From the NCBI GenBank assembly GCA_963716725.1, contig CAVQUB010000004.1, positions 32,001-96,000 of the forward strand: a DNA stretch of 64,000 nt, in the 5' to 3' direction. The notes below the pieces were generated by a model that was given only the letters and a program-made list of their open reading frames with translations, searched no databases and had not been told where the DNA came from. The position numbers and the translations under genes are program-made. This DNA comes from an uncultured delta proteobacterium. GTDB taxonomy: Bacteria > Myxococcota_A > Polyangia > Polyangiales > Polyangiaceae. Of the stretch, positions 20,078-29,451 are shown piece by piece (the stretch's first letter is position 1; the number at the start of each line of letters is the position of its first letter).

Positions 20078-20749
20078 TCAACCCGATCGGCTGGCGATGG
20101 GAGAAGGCGGAAGGTTCTGAGGGGTGGCGCCGGAGTCCCGGACATACAGCGGCTCGCTCAGGGTCTGCTCCGGCCCGCGATCCGCCGCTAGCGCTGCGAT
20201 CCCCGAAGCGTCCGGCAAATCGCAGAGCTCGGAGCGAAATCCGGGGGCGCCCAGCTCCTGGGCGACTTCCCCGAGGAAGACCGCCCCGGGGAAGCGCTCC
20301 GCGAGCAGGCACAGCGCCGTCGGGCGCGGCAGGGCCTCGGCGCGGCACAGGGCCCGGCCGGCTTGGTCGAAGGCCTGGGCGAACACCTCGTCCCGACGTG
20401 CGTCGATCAGCGCGACCCGCGGTGCGCTGACCTCGGCCGGGCATGCGGCGGCCATCGCCTCCAGGGAGCCGACGCCGATGAGCTCGATCCCGAGCCCGAG
20501 GGCGATGCCCTGAGCAAACGCAATCCCGACTCGGAGGCCGGTGAAGCTCCCGGGGCCCATGCCGACGCCGACGCGGTCCAGATCGGCCTTGGTCCAGCCG
20601 GCCTGCCCAAGCACTTGATCGAGGAGCGGCCGCAGGCGTTCGGCGTGCGCGTTCAGATCCGAGTGGGTCGCGCGCGCCACCACGCGCGGGCCCTCGGCGA
20701 GCACGACGGAGCCGCGGCGCGACGAGGTCTCGATGCAGAGCAGGCGCAC
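20078..20749 (-). CDS. tsaB: tRNA threonylcarbamoyladenosine biosynthesis protein TsaB
   Basis: LCIETSS, HAERL, GPGSFTGLRVG, IDARRDEVF, EPLYVR. Confidence 0.95.
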   Translation of the reverse strand: MRLLCIETSSRRGSVVLAEGPRVVARATHSDLNAHAERLRPLLDQVLGQAGWTKADLDRVGVGMGPGSFTGLRVGIAFAQGIALGLGIELIGVGSLEAMAAACPAEVSAPRVALIDARRDEVFAQAFDQAGRALCRAEALPRPTALCLLAERFPGAVFLGEVAQELGAPGFRSELCDLPDASGIAALAADRGPEQTLSEPLYVRDSGATPQNLPPSPIASRSG

Positions 20750-20828
20750 GCCGGGACGGATAGCAGGTGCCTCGTGGGCTGACCAGAGTGCTGCGGTCCG
20801 AGCGCTCCCGCGCTATGACCCGCGCGCC

Positions 20829-22421
20829 ATGCAGGACGAAGCTGCGTTCGATCGATTTGCCAAGAGCTTCCTGGGTCTCGACCGCAGCGATCGGGTCTTC
20901 GAGCAAGTCTCGGCGGCGCGGCGCGTCTACCTCGACACCACCGCGACGGCGCTGATGCCCGAGGTGGTGTGGCGTGGGCTCGAGCGCTATCTGGAGTCGG
21001 CCTGCGCCAACAGTCACACCGAAGCACACCGCGCCGGTCGCGACACGACGCGAGCCATCGAAGCCAGCCGCGACGCCATCGGACGGCTGGTCGGTTATCA
21101 GTCCGAGCGGGACGTCGTGCTGTTCACGGCCAACGGCGCGACGGGCGCCGTCAACTTCTTGGCGCGCGCGCTGTTTCCCTCCGAGCTGCGCTCGGTCAAC
21201 AAGCGCTTCCCGGGGGGGGCTCCTCCCGAGCTGCTCGCCGCGCTCCGTAGCGGTCTGGGTGACGAGGGGCGCGGCGTGCTCGACGAGATGTTGGAGCGGC
21301 CGCTGGTCGTGGTCACCATGATGGAGCACCACTCCAACCTGATCCCCTGGATGGAGGCCGTGGGCCACCACAACCTGCGGGCAGTGCGCGTCGATCCCGC
21401 CACTGGCGCCTTGGATCTGAGCGACCTCGCCCGCATCCTCGAGACCGAGGGGCGGCGCGTGCGCTTGGTCGCGGTGACCGGTGTGTCGAACGTGACGGGC
21501 ATCGTCAACCCGGTGCATCGCATCGCGGCCATGGCCCACGCTGTTGGCGCGCAGATCCTGGTCGACGGGGCGCAGTGGGTGCCCCACGCCCGCGTCGAGA
21601 TGCACGGCGCCGAGCCCGGTGAGTCTCTCGACTACCTGGTGCTCAGCGGCCACAAGCTCTACGCGCCCGGCAGCCGCGGCGCGCTGATCGGCAGCCTCGA
21701 GACGCTCAGCGGCAGGCGCTGCGTCACGGATGTGGGCGGCGGCATGGTCGAGTACGTGAGCATCAACGATTTCGAGATCAAGGATGACGTGGCGGCGCGC
21801 GAGGAGGCGGGCACGCCCAATATTCCGGGATCCATCGCCATGGGGCTCGTCGCGGAGACGCTGCTCCGCATCGGAATGGACCTCGTCGCCGAGCGCGAGC
21901 ACCGACTGACGGAGGCGCTGGTCCGGCGCCTCGAGCGCGTGCCCAAGATCCACATCTACGGCAGCACGGATCTCGACGCCGTGCCCAGAGCCGGCGTGGT
22001 GTCGTTCAACATCGAGGGTCTGCGTCACGGGCTGGTCGCGGCCTATCTGAACGACTTTCACGACATCGCCGTGCGCGAAGGCTGCTTCTGCGCGCACCCC
22101 TACGTGAAGGCGCTGATCGGCGTCGACGATCAAACCGAAGAGAGCTACCGACAAGAGATGTTGTGTGGCGATCGACGGAACGTACCGGGCATGGTGCGCG
22201 CGTCGCTGGGCGTGTATTCGACTGCGGACGACGTCGAAGCGTTGGGAGCCGCACTGGAGCGGCTCGTCGGGCGCGCCGACGAGATGTCCGCCCGCTACCG
22301 GAGCGGGCTCGACGGGACGTTTCGCCTCGCCGACGCGGCCGAGCTTCCGCGCACGTACTCGGTGGCGGACGAGGTCGAGCGCTGGCTCGACGGCGGCGCG
22401 CGCGCTGAGCCACCGTCGTGA
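20829..22421 (+). CDS. Class V PLP enzyme, cysteine desulfurase/SufS-like
   Basis: YLDTTAT, EHHSN, SNVTG, DGAQ, SGHK (PLP lysine), EAGTPN, REGCFCAHP, RASLG. Confidence 0.88.
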   Translation: MQDEAAFDRFAKSFLGLDRSDRVFEQVSAARRVYLDTTATALMPEVVWRGLERYLESACANSHTEAHRAGRDTTRAIEASRDAIGRLVGYQSERDVVLFTANGATGAVNFLARALFPSELRSVNKRFPGGAPPELLAALRSGLGDEGRGVLDEMLERPLVVVTMMEHHSNLIPWMEAVGHHNLRAVRVDPATGALDLSDLARILETEGRRVRLVAVTGVSNVTGIVNPVHRIAAMAHAVGAQILVDGAQWVPHARVEMHGAEPGESLDYLVLSGHKLYAPGSRGALIGSLETLSGRRCVTDVGGGMVEYVSINDFEIKDDVAAREEAGTPNIPGSIAMGLVAETLLRIGMDLVAEREHRLTEALVRRLERVPKIHIYGSTDLDAVPRAGVVSFNIEGLRHGLVAAYLNDFHDIAVREGCFCAHPYVKALIGVDDQTEESYRQEMLCGDRRNVPGMVRASLGVYSTADDVEALGAALERLVGRADEMSARYRSGLDGTFRLADAAELPRTYSVADEVERWLDGGARAEPPS

Positions 22422-22471
22422 CCTCTTGATGCGCTGGCGGCGAGAAAAACGCGTGGGGTCGAGACTAGCCC

Positions 22472-22499
22472 TTGCAATCCTCCTAAAACCGTCTAACTT
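22472..22499 (+). promoter_or_regulatory. Sigma70-like promoter candidate for tRNA-Pro
   Basis: TTGCAA-N16-TAACTT in an AT-rich patch about 30 bp upstream of the tRNA. Confidence 0.5.
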
Positions 22500-22530
22500 C
22501 CGCCCACCCTCGCGGCTTCGTGAGGGGGTT

Positions 22531-22608
22531 CGGGGCGTAGCGCAGCCTGGATAGCGCACCAGACTGGGGGTCTGGGGGTCCCGGGTTCAAATCCCGGCGC
22601 CCCGACCA
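22531..22608 (+). tRNA. tRNA-Pro(GGG)
   Basis: Acceptor stem cggggcg/cgccccg, anticodon arm ccaga-ctGGGgg-tctgg, T-arm ggttcaaatcc, encoded CCA. Confidence 0.95.
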
Positions 22609-22657
22609 TTTGGGGGGCAGTGCGCCGGGGCGGGGCGTTGGCCCCGAGTCTGTCGGC

Positions 22658-23512
22658 TCACCGCCTCGCGAAGCTTCTCGCGCGGATCAAATAACGCTCG
22701 AGGGCGCGGAGGTGGGCGAGCTGCGCGGGATCGGCAGGCACGAAGCGACGCGCGCGCAATAGCGCCTGGCCCGCTTCGAGCAAAGCGCTCGAGGGTGACT
22801 CACACAGCGCGCGCCGCAACGCCGCGACGACCGCTGGCTCGAGGGCCGACGAGGCGGCCAGCACGTCGGAGGGGATGGGCCCCGCGCGCTTGAGCACCTC
22901 GACCTTTGCGCTGCCCCATCCGGCGTTGGAGATGGCGCCGCTCGAGTCCAGGTGGAAGTAGGTCGCGCCGACGGCGTTGGGATCTTCGAGCACCGCGCTG
23001 ACCACCGCGTCGTGCGTCCGGGCGAAGGTCTGGCGCTCGAAGCCACGATCGACGTCGAAACCCTCGGCGTCGAGGGCGGCGCGGATCACCAAGTAGCCCG
23101 CCGCGCTCTCTTCGTCGACCCACACCGCGTGGGCGCGGTGCAGGTTCGAGACCGAGTGCAGCGGGGAGTCCGCCCGCACGAAGAGCGCGGACCAGTACCA
23201 CGCGCTGTCGCCGCGCTCGGGTAGGGCGATGGGGCTGACTTCGGCGCGGAGCGCGGCCAGCGCGACTACCGGTGAGAGCCACGCCAGCTCGACCTCGCCG
23301 GCTTCCAGCCGGTGGAGCAGCCGATCGTAGCGCGGCGCCGCGTAGCCCACGACGTCGAGGCCGGCGGAGCGAGACAGCTCTGCGCAGAAGAGCTCGAGAT
23401 CGGCGCGGGAGGGTCCTTCGTTGCCCGTCCCCGTCGCGCGCCGCCGGGTGCGCCGGCCGAGCTCCGAAAGCGCCACGCCCAGGCGGATGCGTGAGGACAC
23501 GGCGGGCAGCAT
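22658..23512 (-). CDS. PhnD/phosphonate-binding-protein-like domain protein
   Basis: [43 protein letters not shown]. No evident signal peptide. Confidence 0.75.
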   Translation of the reverse strand: MLPAVSSRIRLGVALSELGRRTRRRATGTGNEGPSRADLELFCAELSRSAGLDVVGYAAPRYDRLLHRLEAGEVELAWLSPVVALAALRAEVSPIALPERGDSAWYWSALFVRADSPLHSVSNLHRAHAVWVDEESAAGYLVIRAALDAEGFDVDRGFERQTFARTHDAVVSAVLEDPNAVGATYFHLDSSGAISNAGWGSAKVEVLKRAGPIPSDVLAASSALEPAVVAALRRALCESPSSALLEAGQALLRARRFVPADPAQLAHLRALERYLIRARSFARR

Positions 23513-23563
23513 ACACGCGTTTGGCGCCTCGCGGCCTCGTGCCTGGGGTACTACGCTGGCGTG

Positions 23564-24910
23564 ATGCAGACCTGGGACTACCTGGTGATCGGCGCCGGCA
23601 GCGGCGGTATCGCGTCGGCGCGTCGGGCCGCCGAGCACGGGGCGCGGGTCGCGATCATCGAGGCCGAGCGCCTCGGCGGAACCTGCGTGAATCAGGGCTG
23701 CGTTCCCAAGAAAATCATGTTCAACGCAGCGAGCATCGCCGCGGCTCTGGGCGACGCCGAAGGCTACGGCTTCGACGTCGACGTGGCGGGCTTCGATTGG
23801 TCGAAGCTGAAGGCCGGGCGGGATGCCTACGTCGAGCGACTGAACGGCATCTACGCCCGCAACCTCGAGGGCTCACGGGTGACCACCATCCATGGGCGCG
23901 GGCGCTTCGTCGCGCCCCGCGAGGTGGAGGTGGCCGGCGAGCGGCACGCGGCGGAGCACGTGCTGATCGCGACGGGTGGCCGACCGCGCGTCCCTGAGGT
24001 CGTCGGCGCGGAGTTGGGCATCACCTCCGACGGCTTCTTCGCGCTGCCCGCGCGGCCAGCGCGGGTGGCCATCGTAGGTGCGGGCTACATCGCGGTGGAG
24101 CTCGCCGGGGTTCTGGCCGCGCTCGGCTCCGAGGTCAACTTGCTCTTGCGCCATCAAGAACTCCTGCGGCGCTTCGACATCACGCTGCGCGAGACCCTGA
24201 TGCACGAGCTCACCGCTCACGGCATCAACGTGCTGTCGTGCATTCACCTGGCACGCGTCGAGCGCGACGGCGAGGGCAGCCTCTCGCTCCTGGGTTCCAT
24301 GGGCGAGAGACTGTCCGGGATCGACGCGCTGATTTGGGCCATCGGCCGCGATCCGAACAGCGACGGCCTCGGGCTCGATCTCGCGGGAGTTGCCACCGAT
24401 GACGCTGGCCACGTGCAGGTCGACGAGTGGCAAGATACCAGCGTCCAGAACGTGCACGCCGTGGGTGACGTCACGGGCAAGTGGCCGCTCACTCCCGTGG
24501 CCATCGCCGCCGGTCGGCTGCTCGCGGACCGGCTCTTTGGAAAGGTGCCGGGCGCGCGCCTCGACTACGAGTGCATCCCGAGCGTGGTCTTCAGTCATCC
24601 GCCCATCGGGACCGTCGGCGTGACGGAGGACGAAGCCCGAGAGCGCTGGGGGGACGCCGTCAAGGTTTATTCGTCCCGCTTCACCAACATGTACCACGCG
24701 CTCACAGCCCGCCGCAGCGCGAGTGTGGTCAAGCTCGTGACCGTCGGACCCGACCAGAAGATCGTCGGGGTGCACGTGATCGGCATCGGCGCCGACGAGA
24801 TGATTCAAGGCTTCGCTGTCGCGGTGCGCATGGGTGCGACCAAGGCCGACTTCGACCGCACGGTGGCCATCCACCCGACCGCGGCCGAAGAGCTGGTCAC
24901 GCTGCGCTAG
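23564..24910 (+). CDS. gor: Glutathione-disulfide reductase
   Basis: [59 protein letters not shown]. Confidence 0.96.
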   Translation: MQTWDYLVIGAGSGGIASARRAAEHGARVAIIEAERLGGTCVNQGCVPKKIMFNAASIAAALGDAEGYGFDVDVAGFDWSKLKAGRDAYVERLNGIYARNLEGSRVTTIHGRGRFVAPREVEVAGERHAAEHVLIATGGRPRVPEVVGAELGITSDGFFALPARPARVAIVGAGYIAVELAGVLAALGSEVNLLLRHQELLRRFDITLRETLMHELTAHGINVLSCIHLARVERDGEGSLSLLGSMGERLSGIDALIWAIGRDPNSDGLGLDLAGVATDDAGHVQVDEWQDTSVQNVHAVGDVTGKWPLTPVAIAAGRLLADRLFGKVPGARLDYECIPSVVFSHPPIGTVGVTEDEARERWGDAVKVYSSRFTNMYHALTARRSASVVKLVTVGPDQKIVGVHVIGIGADEMIQGFAVAVRMGATKADFDRTVAIHPTAAEELVTLR

Positions 24911-24966
24911 GCACCATTTTTCATTCGTCCTGGGGGCAGTCCCGCGATATTTGTTGCGACCCCCGC

Positions 24967-27657
24967 ATGCGCCTCGCCATCGTCGTCGTTCCCTCCGTAG
25001 CCAAAGCCAAGGCGACGGCCCGTCGGGTGTCTGCCCTCGCGGACCGATTGGTCGAGAGGCTCGCGGAACCGGACGCCGCCTATCGAGTCGAGGTGCTGGA
25101 GGCTCGCGGCCGACTCGGCGAGCGAGTCGAGGCGCTCTTGCGCGAGAGCCGCCCGGCGGGGCCCACCTTCGTCTTCGTGTCGTCCGAGCTCGTCCTCGAC
25201 GAAGAAGGACCGGCCTTCGCCCTCGCCGGCGACGCGCGCCTGCCGTTGATCGATCTGCGTACCACCCTGGCGGCCCACGCCGATCAGGTGATTCTGGTCG
25301 TTGACGCCAGGCACGTGCCCGACCTCGACGATCCGACGCTCTCGGCGACGTTGATCGACGCGGCGCGCGCGGCCGTCGAGCCGCGGGAGAGCGGCATCAC
25401 CCTCATGATCGGCGCGGAGCCCGACGCCGAAGGTGAAGCGGGCGCGTCGCTCTTCGCCCAGGCGTTCTTGGCGGCGCTCGACCGAGCGCGTTCCCAGCTG
25501 TCGCGCAGTGGCGGGGTCGGCGCCGACGCCGTGTATCGAGAGATGAAGGACGACGGAGACCGTTTCCACGCCATCCCCGCCGCCGGCTTCTTCCCCGGGC
25601 GAGGCGACTTTCCGGTGCTCGTCCAGCAGAGCGTGGTCGTCGGCGGCGCCGAGTCCAGTCCGCCCTCCCGCCGCAGCGGTCACCCCGCCGCCGCCAGCGT
25701 GCGCCCGTCGATCCCGCCGGGGGCGCGAACTCCTGCGGTCGAGGAGGCGTGGAAGCAGGGCAGCGCTGCGGCCTCCCAGGGACGGCACGCTGAGGCCGTG
25801 GAGCACTACAAGAAGGCGCTCTTGCTGCTCGGAAAGAAGCCCGAGCGGGCGGAACTCTACCATCGCATGGGCGACGCCAAGGCAGCGCTCGGCAAGAACG
25901 CCGAGGCGCTGCACAACTACGACAAAGCGCTCGGCGTCGAGCCCTTGCACCACGAGGCGTTCGAACGCGCGCGTGCTTTGCTCGAAGCCGAAAAGAGCTT
26001 CGCGCGACTCGAGGCCCTGTATCGGCGCCGGCTCGAGGCCCGCAGCGACGTCACCGCCAAGGTCAAGGAGCTGGCGGCGATCGCGACGCTGTGGGTCGAC
26101 CGAGCCAAGGATCCATCGAAGGCCATCCCCGCCCTCGAACACTGGGTGCGCCTGAGCGAAGACGCCGAAGCGCTGGAGCGCCTGGTCGACGCGCTCTCCG
26201 CGGCGGGCCGACACGCGGGAGCCAACGAAGCTCGCAAGCGGCTCGCCAAGCTGATCGAAGATGACCCTCCGAAGAGGGCCGGGGTGCTGGCCGCTGCGGC
26301 CCAGGTCGCGCAGAAGCACCTGCCCGGGGGCGGGGACGCGCTGGATCTGGCGCGGGCCGCCCTCGACGCCGACGCCAACGTGCTGTCGGCGTTGGAGGTC
26401 GCGGCGCTGGCACTGGGCACGCGTCGGCGCTGGCGAGAGCTGGCGGAGATCTACGAGAGCATCTTGCCGCGCATTGCCGACGACGTCGTGGCCTGGGATC
26501 TCGGCAAGAAGCTGGGCATGCTCTACCGCGACGAGCTCGACGACCTCGACGCCGCGCTCCGGGTCTTCACCGTGTCGGCGCAGAAGAACCTGGCCGACGT
26601 GGAGATCCGCTTCTGGCTCGCGGAGCTCTACGAAGCTCGCCAGGATCACGCCGCGTCGGCCGAGCAGATGCGGCAGGCCGCGTTTTCCGCGCCCGAGCGA
26701 GGGGACGTGCACCGACGAGCGCTCTGGTGCTTCGAGAAGACCGGAGACGCAGACGCCGCCTGGAACGCCGCGTGTGTGCTCGATCAGCTCGGCGAAGCCG
26801 ATATCAACGAGTCACTCGTCGCCGACGCCCACCGCCCCGAGGGGCTGATCAACGCGCGCGGTGCCTTCGGTCCGGATCAGTGGTGCGATCTCCGCCCCGA
26901 GCGGGACGCGGCCCTCGATCACGTGCTCGCGCTCGTGACGCCGGCAGCCATCGAGCTTCGCCTAGAGCGACTCGAAGCAGGAGGGCAGCTGCCCAAGTTG
27001 ACCGACGCGACCCTGCAAAACCCCACAGGCACGACCACGTTGATGCGCAGCCTGAGCTGGACGGCTCGGCTCTTCGGGGTGCAAGCGCCCGCCGTGCACG
27101 TGCTTCCCAAGGTCGACGGCGATCTCACGCCCTTGCCCCTCGGCGAGGGGACCGCGGCCGCGGGCATCGCCCTGGCGAGCGGCCTCGAGCTCCCCGATCT
27201 GGCCTTTCTGTGGGCCCGGGTCCTGGCCTATCTCCACCCGGATCATCGGCTCCTGGTCTTCTATCCCACGGCGCCGGACGTCGCCAAGCTCCTACTCGCG
27301 GCCATGGCCGTAGCCCGAGACGAGACGGTGGAAGGTGACGCGGGCGTCGTGGCAGAGCGATTGCTGAGCGTGTTGGATGACTCGGCGCGCGACGAGCTCG
27401 CTCGCGCCGTGACCGAGCTCGGTAAGAAGCGGCTCAAGAGTCGCGTGGCGTCCCACGTCAGGTGCGTGCACGCGGCGGCGGGGCGTGCTGGGCTGGTGGC
27501 GACGGGCGACCTCGCCCGGGCCATCTCGGTGGTCGGCAGATCCCCGCTGCGGTCCGGCCCGTCCGAGGCCGAGCAGATCGGGGATCTCAGGGCCTTCGCC
27601 ATCAGCGCTGCGCACGGCCGAATTCGGCGCCACCTCGGCGTCGCACTTCGAAGCTGA
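24967..27657 (+). CDS. TPR protein with N-terminal caspase-like and C-terminal M48-like degenerate domains
   Basis: Central TPRs (EAVEHYKKAL, EALHNYDKAL). Terminal domains inferred from motif patterns (see findings). Confidence 0.75.
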   Translation: MRLAIVVVPSVAKAKATARRVSALADRLVERLAEPDAAYRVEVLEARGRLGERVEALLRESRPAGPTFVFVSSELVLDEEGPAFALAGDARLPLIDLRTTLAAHADQVILVVDARHVPDLDDPTLSATLIDAARAAVEPRESGITLMIGAEPDAEGEAGASLFAQAFLAALDRARSQLSRSGGVGADAVYREMKDDGDRFHAIPAAGFFPGRGDFPVLVQQSVVVGGAESSPPSRRSGHPAAASVRPSIPPGARTPAVEEAWKQGSAAASQGRHAEAVEHYKKALLLLGKKPERAELYHRMGDAKAALGKNAEALHNYDKALGVEPLHHEAFERARALLEAEKSFARLEALYRRRLEARSDVTAKVKELAAIATLWVDRAKDPSKAIPALEHWVRLSEDAEALERLVDALSAAGRHAGANEARKRLAKLIEDDPPKRAGVLAAAAQVAQKHLPGGGDALDLARAALDADANVLSALEVAALALGTRRRWRELAEIYESILPRIADDVVAWDLGKKLGMLYRDELDDLDAALRVFTVSAQKNLADVEIRFWLAELYEARQDHAASAEQMRQAAFSAPERGDVHRRALWCFEKTGDADAAWNAACVLDQLGEADINESLVADAHRPEGLINARGAFGPDQWCDLRPERDAALDHVLALVTPAAIELRLERLEAGGQLPKLTDATLQNPTGTTTLMRSLSWTARLFGVQAPAVHVLPKVDGDLTPLPLGEGTAAAGIALASGLELPDLAFLWARVLAYLHPDHRLLVFYPTAPDVAKLLLAAMAVARDETVEGDAGVVAERLLSVLDDSARDELARAVTELGKKRLKSRVASHVRCVHAAAGRAGLVATGDLARAISVVGRSPLRSGPSEAEQIGDLRAFAISAAHGRIRRHLGVALRS

Positions 27658-27660
27658 GGC

Positions 27661-27981
27661 TCAGCGCGCGCTGACTGAAGGGGCGGGCGCCGCCGCGCCG
27701 CCGCGAACGCTGCAGGTATAGCTGCCGACCAGGAATAGCCCACGTGCGCAGCCCACCGTGACCAACCCGCGCCCTTCGCTTTGGTAGTCGAAGCTCTGAC
27801 CGATGGGGCCCTTCTCTTCGCGCATCAGCTTGGGCTGCGTGTCGCTGGGAGACGCGGCGAGCTTCTGCGCCATCTGGCGCACCTCGCTGTTGTCCGCAAA
27901 CACGTTGTAGATGCCCAGGGCCGAGGTGACGAGTAGCACGACAGGCAGCAGGGATCGGAGCGGGCTTCTTCCTTCAGCCAT
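27661..27981 (-). CDS. Small exported hypothetical protein
   Basis: 106 aa, N-terminal hydrophobic helix, 3 bp from the upstream gene. Confidence 0.7.
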   Translation of the reverse strand: MAEGRSPLRSLLPVVLLVTSALGIYNVFADNSEVRQMAQKLAASPSDTQPKLMREEKGPIGQSFDYQSEGRGLVTVGCARGLFLVGSYTCSVRGGAAAPAPSVSAR

Positions 27982-27984
27982 GGC

Positions 27985-28578
27985 TCACCCGGACATCTCG
28001 AGCTCGAAGAACGGGACTTCGCGCTCTTTGCTCCACCACAAGCCACAGCCGACATTGAGGAAGTGTTTGTTCAGAATGCCGCGGTAGTATGAGCCGTTGC
28101 GCACGTGGATGTCCGCGTCGGTGCGAACCTCGTCGCAGCGCTCGCGCAAATCGAGTCGCGTCGTCACCTCGAGGTAGACGAGCCCCTTGCTCATGGCGGC
28201 GATGTTCGCGACGGCGGGCGCCACGTCGGGGTCGGGCAAGTACTGCATCACGCCCTGGCACACGATCAGATCGTGTTTCTTGCGGTCGCGCCAGCGGGCG
28301 ATGTCTCGGTGCGAAAAGCCGTACTTCTTGCACATCGACTGGCTCACTTCGGTCCCTGTGTAGGCGACGCCCTTGGTGTTCTTCTCGAGCCAACGCTTCC
28401 AGTGCCCGACGCCCGCGCCGATGTCGAGCACGGTCTTGACTTCGATCTTGTTGTAGCGAGCGAATGCGATGACAAACTCGGCCAGCGCAGCGTGCTCGTC
28501 CGCCGAGGTCACCCGGGTCTTCGGGTCTTCGTAGAAGCGATGGTAGTAGGCTTCATCGAAGCGCCGGAAACGGTCCAT
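27985..28578 (-). CDS. Class I SAM-dependent methyltransferase
   Basis: VLDIGAGVG motif I; DLIVCQGVMQYL. Confidence 0.85.
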   Translation of the reverse strand: MDRFRRFDEAYYHRFYEDPKTRVTSADEHAALAEFVIAFARYNKIEVKTVLDIGAGVGHWKRWLEKNTKGVAYTGTEVSQSMCKKYGFSHRDIARWRDRKKHDLIVCQGVMQYLPDPDVAPAVANIAAMSKGLVYLEVTTRLDLRERCDEVRTDADIHVRNGSYYRGILNKHFLNVGCGLWWSKEREVPFFELEMSG

Positions 28579-28663
28579 GCGCGGGAGTCTACCGCGAGGG
28601 CTCGGTGCGCGGGTAGCCCAAGAACCCGCGTTTGTTGGGCCGGGCACGCGGCCGGGAGGCGCT

Positions 28664-29449
28664 TCACGCTCGCCTCGGGGCGGGGGAGCCGCTCGTTCGG
28701 AGCGCCTCGCGGAAGCCAAGCACGGGCGAAAGCTCGTAGGGCTCCAACAGCACCGGCAGCTCGCGCTCCACCGCGTAGCCCTCCGGCGTGGGTCGGATCT
28801 CGAGCGCGCGAAAGCGCACGCCGGCCTGCGACGCGCGCCTAGCGGCCCGGGCGAAGGTTGGATCGTGTGCATCCGAAGGGCGCACCGCGCGTGCGCCCGC
28901 TCGCTGCACCGTGAAGATCACGGTGGCTGCGCCGCCGCCCCGAGTGACGGCCGTGAGTTCGTGCAAGTGGCGCGTCGCTCGCTCGGACTCGGCGTCGGGG
29001 AAGTAAGCGATGCCATCGGGGTACACGAGATGACAGTTCTTCACCTCGACCAAGTGCTCGCGCGTCTTCGTCGTGAGCCGAAAGTCGACGCGTGAGCCAT
29101 GGCCGTAGGCATACTCGGGTCGCACTTCGGTGAAGCGTCGCAGCCCCGGCAGCGTCCGCGCTTCGAGCACGGCGCGGACCAGTCGATTGGCCATCAGCGT
29201 GTTGACGCCGATCAGCCCCGTGTCGAGCTCGAGCAGCTCCCAGGTGTAGGCGAGCTTGCGCCCGGGGCGAGCCGGCGAGACGAAGACGCGGCGTCCGGGC
29301 ACCAGCAGGCCTTCCATGCGACCGGTGTTCACGCAGTGCGCCACCACCTCGCGTGAGTCCGCGAGGCGCACGTCGGCGAAGAAGCGCTTGCGCCGCCCCA
29401 GGAACTCACCGGGCAAGAGCGGCGTCGGGTGAGGGACGAAGGCAAGCAC
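28664..29449 (-). CDS. sfsA: DNA/RNA nuclease SfsA
   Basis: RRKRFFADV, HCVNTGRMEGL, RKLAYTWE, SRVDF, VEVKNC, FPDAESERATRHLHEL. GTG 2 bp after the DTW gene's TAA. Confidence 0.93.
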   Translation of the reverse strand: MLAFVPHPTPLLPGEFLGRRKRFFADVRLADSREVVAHCVNTGRMEGLLVPGRRVFVSPARPGRKLAYTWELLELDTGLIGVNTLMANRLVRAVLEARTLPGLRRFTEVRPEYAYGHGSRVDFRLTTKTREHLVEVKNCHLVYPDGIAYFPDAESERATRHLHELTAVTRGGGAATVIFTVQRAGARAVRPSDAHDPTFARAARRASQAGVRFRALEIRPTPEGYAVERELPVLLEPYELSPVLGFREALRTSGSPAPRRA

Positions 29450-29451
29450 GC

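Noticed and set aside
19284..22559. 1091-aa minus-strand ORF, and similar long antisense ORFs (381-2729, 6457-9324, 35175-37316, 38516-40492)
   Set aside because: High-GC shadow frames of real genes. Only 19284-20045 (Crp) is credible within the first.
22531..22660. Integrated element at tRNA-Pro
   Set aside because: No integrase or att duplication seen, and core-looking genes follow directly.
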